From positions 832,001-896,000 of the forward strand of contig CAVOVB010000001.1 of assembly GCA_963699755.1 (NCBI GenBank): a stretch of 64,000 nt of DNA. The letters run 5' to 3'. Below, piece after piece: positions 14,780-24,000 of this stretch. How positions within the stretch are numbered: the stretch's first letter is position 1; every line of letters starts with the position of its first letter. A program made the position numbers and the translations under genes. The notes beneath the pieces were generated by a model, which had not been told where the DNA came from, did not search any database, and was given only the letters and a program-made list of their open reading frames with translations. Source of the DNA: an uncultured delta proteobacterium (lineage in GTDB: Bacteria; Myxococcota_A; Polyangia; Polyangiales; Houyiibacteriaceae).

Positions 14780-15541
14780 GAAAGACACGGCCCCACGAAT
14801 TACGTCGGGGTGGTTCATCACGAACGTGTGGACCGCGGGGACGATGTGGTGCTCGCTCGAACCTTCAAGGCGAGTTTCCTCGACCCGCACCAGGCCGTCG
14901 CCCAGCACACCGGCGGCATCCCCTGCGAAGATCGCAGTGGGAACATCGGGCACCGGAAGGGTGGCTGCAAAGCCTTCGGCGATCTGTACATAGGACGGGC
15001 CGAGAATGCGCCGCATGACGCCCCCCTTGTCGAGCGAGCCGGCAAGCGTCGCACCTTGATTGGGCGGGGCCAGCATCACGACGCGCTCGACGACCGACCG
15101 CCAGGGCGCATCGTAGCTGAGTAGCTGCCTTACGATGAGAGCACCGAGGCTGTGCGACGCAAACGAGAGCTTCGTCGGAGTAGGCACCTGGTCGAGCAGC
15201 TCGGCAAGCGTCGCGGCGTGATCTTGAATCGACTTCCGGGTGCTCGGATAGTCGAGACGCGCGGTCGTAAAGCCTGCTCCTTGAAGTGCCTGATCCAGAC
15301 GCGCAAGCGAGCGACGTGTCCGGCCTAGGCCGTGCAGCAAGACGACGAGATGATCGGCCGGGTCTACAACAGGCTGCGCCTCTTCGAGCGCGCGCATGCA
15401 ACGTTCTGCTGAGCCACGGCATACGATCCATCCCGCCGGGTTGAGGAGACGAGAGCCAGACCTCTCCCAATGGCGTTGCAGTCGCCAACCGTTCCGCCAT
15501 CGCACGTCGGCCCACAACTGGGTGCCGGGTGGCTCGATCAT
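14753..15541 (-). CDS. Alpha/beta-fold hydrolase (esterase/lipase-like)
   Basis: VLLHGLGR oxyanion motif, SHSLG nucleophile elbow, APPNQG, DGLV, HTFVM. Confidence 0.85.
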   Translation of the reverse strand: MIEPPGTQLWADVRWRNGWRLQRHWERSGSRLLNPAGWIVCRGSAERCMRALEEAQPVVDPADHLVVLLHGLGRTRRSLARLDQALQGAGFTTARLDYPSTRKSIQDHAATLAELLDQVPTPTKLSFASHSLGALIVRQLLSYDAPWRSVVERVVMLAPPNQGATLAGSLDKGGVMRRILGPSYVQIAEGFAATLPVPDVPTAIFAGDAAGVLGDGLVRVEETRLEGSSEHHIVPAVHTFVMNHPDVIRGAVSFLRGAPNRA

Positions 15542-16743
15542 CCCCCGAGGTCTTCTCTGAGCCGATCCTGGATCTTGTCGTCGCTCGGGTAGATCTCTTC
15601 GACGTGCTCCGAGTCGACGAGGGTCGCGGTCAGCTTCTTGAGCATGTGCTTGACCGAGCGAGCGTCGGAACCTGCCGTGACCAGCTCGATCAGCAAGGCA
15701 TCCTTGCGGTCAGGGTTGAGCTCCAGCTCTCCAAGCTCCACCATGCGATCGAGCGAAATCGAGAGGGCGTGCATCAGCTTGCGTGTAAACGGCGTGTGCT
15801 GAAAAGGCGGCGGCTCGTCGACGTACGCGTCTTCCTCGTCGGGCGACGGGACGCTCGCGGCCGTTCGCCAGCCGTCATGCCGCTCGATCCAGTCGAGCGC
15901 CATGCTGGCAAGCTTCGGATCGTCGCCCGCTGCGGTCTCCTCAATGATTCGCGGCACGTCGCCGGCGTGTATCGCCTGCTCGAAGTCGATCAAATGATCG
16001 ACCAGTGCGCGATGGATCGCGTCCATGTCGGAAACCCCGATCTCTTCGGGAAGCTGGAGCGAGCGCGTGGCTAGGAACCGCCGTGTGAGCCAGAGCGAGA
16101 GACGCCGCTGCCAGCCATCTTCGCGATCGACCGCCGGGCTGCTGCCATCGGACTCGACGAGCGGCCATTGGCCTCGCGAGATCGCATCCCAGGCTTCGAA
16201 TAGTGGGGTGTCGAGCAGCTCTTCGACGATGTAGAGGCCGGAAGTCGGTCCCTTTTCCCAGTCGTCGTCCAACAAGGCCGATGCCTCGCTTTGGATGTCC
16301 TGGAGCTTCGCATCGTCGATCTCACCGTTTGCGTGTCTCACCTGCGCAGTCATCCAGCGAAGTGCGCCTGTGATGTCGTCGAACTCGAGGTCGCCGCGCA
16401 TTCCATCCTTGAGGCTGTACACTCGGTGGCGACCTTCCGGATCGGCGATCGTGTCGGCGAGAAAGATCAGGCCCTCGAGCTCCGAGGAGACGAAGGGCTC
16501 CACCTCGCCCACCTGAAGCGCCCAGTGCAATCGCCACGGTCGCGACGTGTCGCCGACGGCCATGCCCGCGTAGGTTGAGTCGAGCAGCTGCAGCAATCGA
16601 AACCCATGGGCTGCGTCCGAGGTCACGTGCAGAAGATCGACGAAAGCATCGATTCGAGACTCGCCGAGCTCGGGCGGCTCACCTGGTTGGCCGAGGGCGA
16701 GCCAGTACGCCTGAACACCCTTTAGAAACGCCTGTTGGGGCAT
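15538..16743 (-). CDS. Acidic hypothetical protein
   Basis: 401-aa ORF with a 4-nt overlap onto the downstream hydrolase; no family assigned with confidence. Confidence 0.75.
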   Translation of the reverse strand: MPQQAFLKGVQAYWLALGQPGEPPELGESRIDAFVDLLHVTSDAAHGFRLLQLLDSTYAGMAVGDTSRPWRLHWALQVGEVEPFVSSELEGLIFLADTIADPEGRHRVYSLKDGMRGDLEFDDITGALRWMTAQVRHANGEIDDAKLQDIQSEASALLDDDWEKGPTSGLYIVEELLDTPLFEAWDAISRGQWPLVESDGSSPAVDREDGWQRRLSLWLTRRFLATRSLQLPEEIGVSDMDAIHRALVDHLIDFEQAIHAGDVPRIIEETAAGDDPKLASMALDWIERHDGWRTAASVPSPDEEDAYVDEPPPFQHTPFTRKLMHALSISLDRMVELGELELNPDRKDALLIELVTAGSDARSVKHMLKKLTATLVDSEHVEEIYPSDDKIQDRLREDLGG

Positions 16744-16793
16744 AGGGGGCGGAAACTAGCCCAATTTTGAAAAGGTGAAAGCCTGCGGTCGAC

Positions 16794-16822
16794 TTGAAAC
16801 ACGTTCTATTTTTGCCTAGACC
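16794..16822 (+). promoter_or_regulatory. Sigma70-like promoter with an overlapping 14-bp palindrome upstream of the flavin reductase
   Basis: TTGAAA-N17-TAGACC; TGAAACACGTTCTA (16795-16808) fits TnnAACnnGTTnnA. Confidence 0.45.
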
Positions 16823-16852
16823 CTGTGGCGTAAGGTCGCAGGGAGCCAAACG

Positions 16853-17338
16853 ATGCCAATTGATCAGGACGCATTCAAACAGGCGCTCCGCGGCTGGGCC
16901 AGCGGGGTGACCGTCGTGACCTCGCGTAGCGGCGACAAGGTGCATGGCATGACGGTGTCAGCGTTTTCCAGTGTTTCGGCCGATCCGCCTCTGGTTCTCG
17001 TCTGCGCGAATCAGGCCTCCACGACACACGGCATCATCGAAGAAGGCGGCATCTTCGCCGTGAACATCCTGGCGGCCCACCAGCAGGACGTTTCGAATGT
17101 GTTCGCTTCGTCGGAGCACGAGGATTCGCGGCTGGAGAAGGTGAGCTGGACCGAAGGCACTACGGGAGCGCCCCTGATCGACGACGCCGTAGCGTCGCTC
17201 GAATGCAAGGTTTCGAGCGCGCACCGGGAGGGAAGCCACACGATCTACATCGGAAAGGTCGAAGCCGTTCACACGAGGGACGCCGAGCCCCTCGTCTACT
17301 TCAAGGGCGGCTACCGCTCGTTGCACTGCAAAGACTAG
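16853..17338 (+). CDS. Flavin reductase (HpaC/RutF/HsaB family)
   Basis: SGVTVVT, GMTVSAFSSVSADPPLVLVC, FAVNIL, GSHTIYIG, PLVYFKGGY. Confidence 0.95.
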   Translation: MPIDQDAFKQALRGWASGVTVVTSRSGDKVHGMTVSAFSSVSADPPLVLVCANQASTTHGIIEEGGIFAVNILAAHQQDVSNVFASSEHEDSRLEKVSWTEGTTGAPLIDDAVASLECKVSSAHREGSHTIYIGKVEAVHTRDAEPLVYFKGGYRSLHCKD

Positions 17339-18021
17339 CCCTTCGTGAACTGTCGCCAGAGCGTCTCCAAGGTTGTTTCGAGCATGCCCGCCTTGGTGGC
17401 GTTGTAGGGAGTGAAGTTCATCAGGCGGATGTAATCGACGCGGGCGCTCGGTCCCTCGCCCTCGATGTCTAGGACATTGAGACAGCCGGGGTCCTGCTCG
17501 ATGCGGCGATAGACTGCGGGGCCGGCGCCCAAGGCCTGAGCGAGAACCGTTCGGTTGACGACGCCGTGACAGGCAACGAAGGCCTGGTTCCAGTCGTCGC
17601 GGCTCAGAAGGCCCTGCCATGCTACGGCGACGCGTTCCCAGAGCTCTGCGTAGGACTCGCCGGTGAGAAATCGGGCGCCGGGCTCGTCGGCGTTGTCGAA
17701 CGCTCGGACGAAGAGCGTTTCCATGTCCTCAAAGCTGTCAATATCTTCAAAACTGCCTGTTTTCGCTTCGCTCAGGCCTTCAATGACGTCGATCACAAGG
17801 TCTCTGTCCCCTATGGCCAATCGCGCGGTCTGCTCGGTGCGTCGAAGCCCCGTGCAGATCGCCAGGTCGATGGGCGCTTCCGTCAACAGCTGGCCGAGTG
17901 CTTCCGCCTGTGCGACTCCCGTCTCGTTGAGCGCCGGGTCGTGGTCCCCGGGTGCTTGGCCCGGTTCGAAATAGGAGACGTCCCCGTGTCTCGCCAAATA
18001 CACTCTGCGTCTGTTTTTCAC
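17335..18021 (-). CDS. Histidine phosphatase (phosphoglycerate mutase-like) family protein
   Basis: YLARHG, LRRTEQTA, GES, ACHG; start placed at GTG 18021. Confidence 0.9.
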   Translation of the reverse strand: MKNRRRVYLARHGDVSYFEPGQAPGDHDPALNETGVAQAEALGQLLTEAPIDLAICTGLRRTEQTARLAIGDRDLVIDVIEGLSEAKTGSFEDIDSFEDMETLFVRAFDNADEPGARFLTGESYAELWERVAVAWQGLLSRDDWNQAFVACHGVVNRTVLAQALGAGPAVYRRIEQDPGCLNVLDIEGEGPSARVDYIRLMNFTPYNATKAGMLETTLETLWRQFTKG

Positions 18022-18078
18022 GGCGCCGCAGCATAGCAGCGGGTGCCCCAAGGCGCTTCGGCTGCTAGGGTGCGACGC

Positions 18079-19101
18079 ATGGCACAAACGAACTGGGTCC
18101 TCCTCGTCCTGGCCGCGCTGGCCGTCCTAGGCTGCACCAAGAAGGAAACCCCGGCTCCGGCGGCTGAAGAGGTGGCCCTCGAGAAGGAAGAGCCGGCGGC
18201 AGCGGCCGTCGAGCCGCTCAAACCGCTCCCGAGCTCGGTCGAGGTCAACATGGACAAAGTCTTGCTCGGCAGAAGCCTTTACCACGACACGATCCTGTCA
18301 GGAGACGGTACGGTCGCCTGCGTCACCTGTCATTCGCTCGATCATGGCGGCGCGGAGCCACGCAAGACCTCGACGGGGATTGGCGGCCAGATCGGGCCGA
18401 TCAACTCGCCCACGGTCTTGAACGCGGGATACAACTTCGTACAGTTCTGGGACGGGCGCGCAAAGGACTTGCAGGAGCAAGCTGCCGGTCCGGTCGCCAA
18501 CCCGATCGAAATGGGCGCCAACTGGGACGAAGTCGTCGAGCGTCTGAAGCAGAACAAAGAGTACGCGGCGGCTTTCGCCAAACTCTACGAAGACGGCGTC
18601 ACCCAAGCCAATACGACCGACGCCATCGCGGAGTACGAGAAGTCCCTGATCACGCCCTCGCGCTTCGACAAGTTTTTGCTCGGTGACGAGAACGCGATTA
18701 CCGATGCAGAGAAGAAGGGCTATGCCACCTTCAAAGAGGTCGGCTGCACCGCTTGTCACACCGGCATCAACGTCGGCGGGACCATGTTCCAGAAGATGGG
18801 TCTCGTGAAGGACTATTTTGCCGAACGTGGGACGCCGCTCACCGATGCCGACATGGGACGTTTCAACGTCAGCAAGAACCCGGCCGAAAAGCACTTTTTC
18901 AAGGTTCCGAGCCTTCGAAACATCGAGCTCACGTCACCCTACCTGCACGACGGCTCCCAATCGACTCTGGAGGCCACCGTGAAGATCATGGGAACCCACC
19001 AGCTCGGCAGGGACCTGACCGACGCCGAGGTCAACAGCATCGTGACGTTCCTCAAGAGCCTAACCGGCGAGCTGCCCGCCCACGCAAGACCGGAGGGCTA
19101 G
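18079..19101 (+). CDS. Di-heme cytochrome c peroxidase (CcpA/MauG family), lipoprotein
   Basis: Two CxxCH motifs (CVTCH, CTACH), NSPTVLN, QFWDGRA, FKVPSLRN, PYLHDG; LAVLGC lipobox. Confidence 0.95.
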   Translation: MAQTNWVLLVLAALAVLGCTKKETPAPAAEEVALEKEEPAAAAVEPLKPLPSSVEVNMDKVLLGRSLYHDTILSGDGTVACVTCHSLDHGGAEPRKTSTGIGGQIGPINSPTVLNAGYNFVQFWDGRAKDLQEQAAGPVANPIEMGANWDEVVERLKQNKEYAAAFAKLYEDGVTQANTTDAIAEYEKSLITPSRFDKFLLGDENAITDAEKKGYATFKEVGCTACHTGINVGGTMFQKMGLVKDYFAERGTPLTDADMGRFNVSKNPAEKHFFKVPSLRNIELTSPYLHDGSQSTLEATVKIMGTHQLGRDLTDAEVNSIVTFLKSLTGELPAHARPEG

Positions 19102-19110
19102 GAGACGAAC

Positions 19111-19148
19111 GGGGCGGAGTCGACGTCTCTCGTGTCGACGCAGGCCCC
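19111..19148. terminator. Possible hairpin between convergent genes
   Basis: Imperfect stem GGGGC..GTCGAC-loop-GTCGAC..GCCCC; no U-tract. Confidence 0.3.
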
Positions 19149-19177
19149 TGTGGCGCATTCTTTCCATGCTCCGGTCT

Positions 19178-21082
19178 CTAGTTGACCACTTCGAGCCTAA
19201 CCGGCTGAGCCGGATGCTCGCGGCTGCTGGGCGCTGGAATGTACTCGTGGCTCGTGGGGATCTGCGCTTCCGCGGATGCTTCGCCGGCTTTCGGCACCGC
19301 ACGGCGCATGAGCATCTGCCAGGCCACTTTGGGCGCCGGAACCTTCTCTTTGAGCTCGACGAAGATCAGGCGGCCGAGCGACGGGATGTATGGAGACATC
19401 TTGTCGAAGGTTTCCTTCACGTACGGAAGGTCTTCGGTGAAGATGGCGCTGGTGCGCGAGACGGCGCGCGCGGCGTGGACCTTGGCTCGCCCGAGGCGGC
19501 CCTTTCCGACGAGCGGACCGATTTCGTGGATGATGTCGGCAGCGGTTCCGGCCGCGACGTGCGGCGCTTTGTAGAACGTGTGGCTGTATCGAGGATTCTT
19601 CTTCAAGAACTCTCGGGCTTGCTCCTCGCTGATGCCGTAGTGAGCGAGCGCATCTCGGTATTCCTGACGCGCGCGCTCGCGAGCCTTGAACATGTACATC
19701 TGCACGCGGGAGTAAAAGTTCACCGCACCGTCCCCGCTCGTTTCGACCGGGCAGTAGATTGCGTCCGGATGGAGCTCCGTGATGACGGTTTGAATGCCGT
19801 CGGAGACCCCGGAGCTCGGCATGCAGCCAAAGGGCTTCACGCTGAGGGTCATGTGCGCCTTTTGCTTGGCGACGTTGAGGATCAGCTTGGCGACTTCCAT
19901 GTGACCTTCGCCACCGCGAAGCTCGTTGTTGTAGAAGCTGTGACCAACCCGTGCGATCTCGTCCATGTCGGGGAGCTTGTTCCCCTTGAGGCCGGCCACC
20001 GCGCTGAACGTGGCAAAGGTCGCCCGAAGCGCCAGCTCGCCGAGCCAGACGCCTGCCATCTTGTAGCCCACATCGGAACCTTCGAGCCCATAGTAGGCCT
20101 CGTCGGTGCCTCGGAGCGTCATTCGACGTTCGGTGTCGTGGCGCATCTCCCACAGCGTGTAGAGGAGCCAATTGACCAGGGTCTGAATGTCGTTTTCGCC
20201 ACCTTCGGATTCGACGAAGCGCTGGAGGTGGTAGTTGCCGTCTCCCTCCGTGGTCATCGCCCAGAACTCGCCGATAATCGCGACCTTGGGCTTTGCGCGC
20301 AGGCGATCGAGCTCGACCGCCTGCAAGTGCTTACGGCTACGCCAGAGCGCTCGGAGGACGCTGTGGTTCTGCCTGAGGGCGCTGTGCACCTCTTGCTTTG
20401 CCGCTGCGATCGCTCGATCAGTCGCGCCTTCTTCGACCTCATAAGGTCGCAGCCGGTAGCTCAGCAGATTGAGCACGTCGCCGGCGAAGAGGCCGCGCGC
20501 GAGCGCCATGAAGAACTGTGGGTTCAGGACGAGGCCGAGCTCTTCGCCGGTGGCCTGCTTGAAGCCCGACTGCTGCTGAAAGAGCACGACCCGAAATCCG
20601 TCGAAACCCGCATCGCGCAGGGCCTTCCGGTATTCGGTCACGTACATACCGAACCGGCATGGGCCACAGGCGCCGGCGGTCAAAAAGACGTAGTTGTCGA
20701 TGATCTCCTGCGCCGTGAGCCCCTCTTCGTCGCGCAAGCGGCTCAGCTCTTTGACGAGGTTTCCGACCGTGAAGTAGGTCGGATTACACTGCGCCTTGTT
20801 GCCGAACTCCTTGCCGTAGCGAAGAGACTCGACGTCGGCGACCTCCATCGGACGGGTCTTGTAACCGATACCCTCCAGCGCAGATGCAACGAACTCGTCG
20901 TGTGCCAGCGTGAGACCTCCGTTGAGAATCGTGGTCGTGGGGCGCTCCTTCGCGGAGAAGAACGCATTGACCATCTCGTCGGTCCACTGCTCGCGCTCGT
21001 CGTCGAGCCCTAAGCGAGCTCGCTCTTCTGCCTCGAACGTCGCAAGCTCTTTGTCGATGTCGATTTCGAAACCATCAGCCAT
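19178..21082 (-). CDS. 2-hydroxyacyl-CoA dehydratase-like reductase/dehydratase subunit (PlsR-like)
   Basis: CNPTYFTVG, GACGPCRFGMY, IIGEFW, GGEG and PFGCMP motifs; directly follows the activase gene. Alternative start GTG 21097. Confidence 0.8.
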   Translation of the reverse strand: MADGFEIDIDKELATFEAEERARLGLDDEREQWTDEMVNAFFSAKERPTTTILNGGLTLAHDEFVASALEGIGYKTRPMEVADVESLRYGKEFGNKAQCNPTYFTVGNLVKELSRLRDEEGLTAQEIIDNYVFLTAGACGPCRFGMYVTEYRKALRDAGFDGFRVVLFQQQSGFKQATGEELGLVLNPQFFMALARGLFAGDVLNLLSYRLRPYEVEEGATDRAIAAAKQEVHSALRQNHSVLRALWRSRKHLQAVELDRLRAKPKVAIIGEFWAMTTEGDGNYHLQRFVESEGGENDIQTLVNWLLYTLWEMRHDTERRMTLRGTDEAYYGLEGSDVGYKMAGVWLGELALRATFATFSAVAGLKGNKLPDMDEIARVGHSFYNNELRGGEGHMEVAKLILNVAKQKAHMTLSVKPFGCMPSSGVSDGIQTVITELHPDAIYCPVETSGDGAVNFYSRVQMYMFKARERARQEYRDALAHYGISEEQAREFLKKNPRYSHTFYKAPHVAAGTAADIIHEIGPLVGKGRLGRAKVHAARAVSRTSAIFTEDLPYVKETFDKMSPYIPSLGRLIFVELKEKVPAPKVAWQMLMRRAVPKAGEASAEAQIPTSHEYIPAPSSREHPAQPVRLEVVN

Positions 21083-21093
21083 GATCAGCCCCT

Positions 21094-24000
21094 TCACACG
21101 CGGACGAGCTTCCCGTCCTTGGTCTTTCTTCCGAGACGAATCAAACCCGCCGATACCGCGGCTCCGGAGACCACGTCCTCCTCGGAATTCAAAAGGTCGA
21201 CTCGGTACTGGTTCACCTTTTCTGCGAGCTCTTGAATCTCGCGCTCGAGCCCGAGGTCGGCGCGCCTATGCGCGGCCAGCTGCTCCTGCTTCATGCGAAG
21301 AAGCTCGAGCCGCTTCTCGTCGATGCGCCGGCGAAGCTCTGCTTTGCGCGAAGCGACGTCTTCGAGGTGCTCCTCGCGAAGCTTGAGGGAGTGCGCGTAG
21401 GTCTTGACGCGGATCTTGATCGAGCCGCCCGGCTTGTTGGCGTCGATATCGTGCAGTGATGAGCAGGGGACACCGCTCTTGGCCACGATGCTGTCGAGAA
21501 TGCCGTAGGTCGGCGCGTCGTGTCCGCACTTGAAGCTGCTCAAGTCGAGGATGGCGACGTTGGGATGACGCGACGCGAACTTCGCAGCCCAGACCTTTTG
21601 TGCCGAGTTCGCGGAGTAATTCTCGGGCCAGACGTCGTTGACGCTCAAGACGTCTTCGTCCTCACCGTAGAAACGGCGGAGCCAGTCCGGGTCTTTCGGG
21701 ATCGAGCGGATGCTCAAGATCGGATAGCCAAGCACCTGGAATTCGTCGGGGATGCCATGGTGAAGGCCGGGATCGTTGTGATAAGGACGTCCTAGGACGA
21801 GAATGGCGATCTTGTTGTCGTACTCGACCTGCTCGAGGATCGCCTTGCCCTTGGCCTGAATGTCCGCATCGAAGCGCTCGAGAGCTGCGAGGGCCTGCTC
21901 GGTCGCGAAGTCGCTTTCGTCTTCGGTCATGCCGAGCACCTTCTCGAATGCTTCGAACATGTCCCGCTTCAGCAGGGTCGGCTCGGCGAAGCTGAAGGCC
22001 GGCGCGAGGTATTCGATGCCGCGGTTGGCGAAGTAGTCCTGCTCCTTGGTGAACGCGGCCTTCATCACGTCTGGAGTGCCCGCGACGATCGGACAGCTCG
22101 CGTAGTCGACCGCGCCGGTCACGAAGGAAGGAACGTGGGTGAGGATTGGAAAGAAGATCGCGTCTAACGGGGTCGCCTCGTGCCTGTGGAAGAATAGCTG
22201 ATGGAAGTGCGCCTGGGCCACCTTGGACGGGTAGCAAGGGTCGACCGAACCGTATTTGCCGCCTTCGGCAAACATCTCTTCGGAGCTCGGCTCGCTGAAG
22301 ACGATGTTCTTCGGTCGCACGCCGAGCACCTCGAAGTAGGTGCGGAAGAACGGCGCCGTCGAGTACATGTTGAGGACGCGAGGAATGCCCACGCGCCAGT
22401 GCGCTCGCTTCTCGGCCGCCTGCGAGGATGAACGCTGAAACCCTCGCCGGTACTTGGTCCGCTCGATGGCACCGAAGAACTTGCGCTCGACCTTCACATC
22501 TTCGATGGTGCTGCCGGCCTCCGGCATCGGCTCGACCCCCGGGACACGCTTGAAGGCCTTGAGGCCCTCGTAGCTCACGAGGTTCGGAAAGTCTCTCATG
22601 ATCTGGCGGCGCTCTTTGACGATCTCCTCCATGGCGACCTTAGACTCGACCATTCCCTTTTCGCATGAAAACCCGCTGATATATCGGCTGGTGGAGCCAT
22701 CGGGCCGGAAGGCGTCGATGAAGGTGCGCGAGCAGTTGTTCGCGCAGAAATGACAGGTCGTCGTCTCGTCGTTCGTCGTCGTGTACTCGAGATCGATCGC
22801 GGCATCCAGGCCGATGAACCTCGAGCTTCCGCGGCGCTTGACCACGCGCAGCGTCTCCATGGCGGCACCAATGGCGCCCGCCTCGCCGCTGTGTGGATGA
22901 ACGAAAACCTCGGCGTTCGGGACGCGCTCCCGAATGTAGTCGACCTGCGCTTTGACGGCCGCCAAGTTGTACTGCGTGCCTCCTTGAAGGACGAACTTGC
23001 GGCCGAGGGCGGCCATGCGAGGAACGCCGACGACGTACTGCCAGACGTTCTTCGGAAGAACCTGCGCGAGACCGGCAAGAAGCTCCTCCTTGCTAAAGCC
23101 TTCTTTTTGAAAGTTCACGCGGTCGGTATCGAGGAAGACCGCGCAGCCGTAGCTGAACCTGGGTGCCAGCTCGGCCTGGAAGGCAGTCTCCGCATACTCG
23201 GTGACCGGCAATCCGAACTGGTCGGCCATCGCTTGAAGCAGCATGCCGTTGCCCGCCGAGCACTGATTCGAGAGCTTGAACGTTTTGATGTCGCCGTTTT
23301 CCATGAACAGGACCTTGATGTCCTGACCGCCGATGTCGCAGATGACGTCGACGTCGCCGAAGTAGTGCGTCGCGCTCATCATGTGCGCCACGGTTTCGAC
23401 GATGTTCACGTCGGCCCGCACGCATTCTTCGAGCACGTCGGCCGCATAGCCGGTGGCTCCAAAGCCCAGCACTTCGAGCTCGGCGCCCTTGGCGCTCATT
23501 CGCCCGCGGAGCTCACCGAGGAGCTCCTTGCTATCCTGAATGGGGTTCCCCTTCGAGAGCGTGTAGGCCTTCATCAAGACTTCACCGTCTTCGCTCAGCA
23601 GGACCGCCTTCGAGGAGGTGCTTCCGCCGTCGAGGCCGATGACCGCTCGGACCTTCTTGCCAGTGACTTCGGGCTCGATGAACATCGGGACGTGGTAAGC
23701 GCCGAGGAACTCCTCGAGCTCCTTTTCGTCGCGGGCTAGCGGCGGGCCTGCAGCCTCGCCCAGGCGCTCCTTTCGGCCTTCGGTGATGTACCGACGTAGA
23801 CCGTCGAGGCCGCTGTAGACGCCAACGTCTGCGGGCTCGTGCATGCCGTACATGACCGCGCCGTATGCCGCGTAGAGCGCCGCGTTCTCCGGCACCGGAA
23901 TCAGCTCCTCGATCGGCACGTCTTTGGGGTAGTCGTAGCCGCGCTCGTCCCAAGTTTCAGGAATGCGCTTTCGCCAGCACTCCTGAAGAAACGGAAGGAA

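Noticed and set aside
16793..16809. Possible LexA box (GTTC core)
   Set aside because: Several mismatches to both GAAC-N4-GTTC and the myxobacterial LexA pattern as I recall it, and the flanking genes are not SOS-like.
19166..21013. 615-aa plus-strand ORF, and similar long antisense ORFs at 1692-2711, 2847-4022, 22750-23739, 24687-25829 and 62259-63728
   Set aside because: Shadow ORFs opposite well-supported genes, expected from high-GC codon bias; no recognisable motifs.
22687..22694. E. coli Chi octamer GCTGGTGG near recBCD
   Set aside because: An isolated 8-mer inside a CDS is expected by chance in GC-rich DNA, and Chi sequences are lineage-specific.
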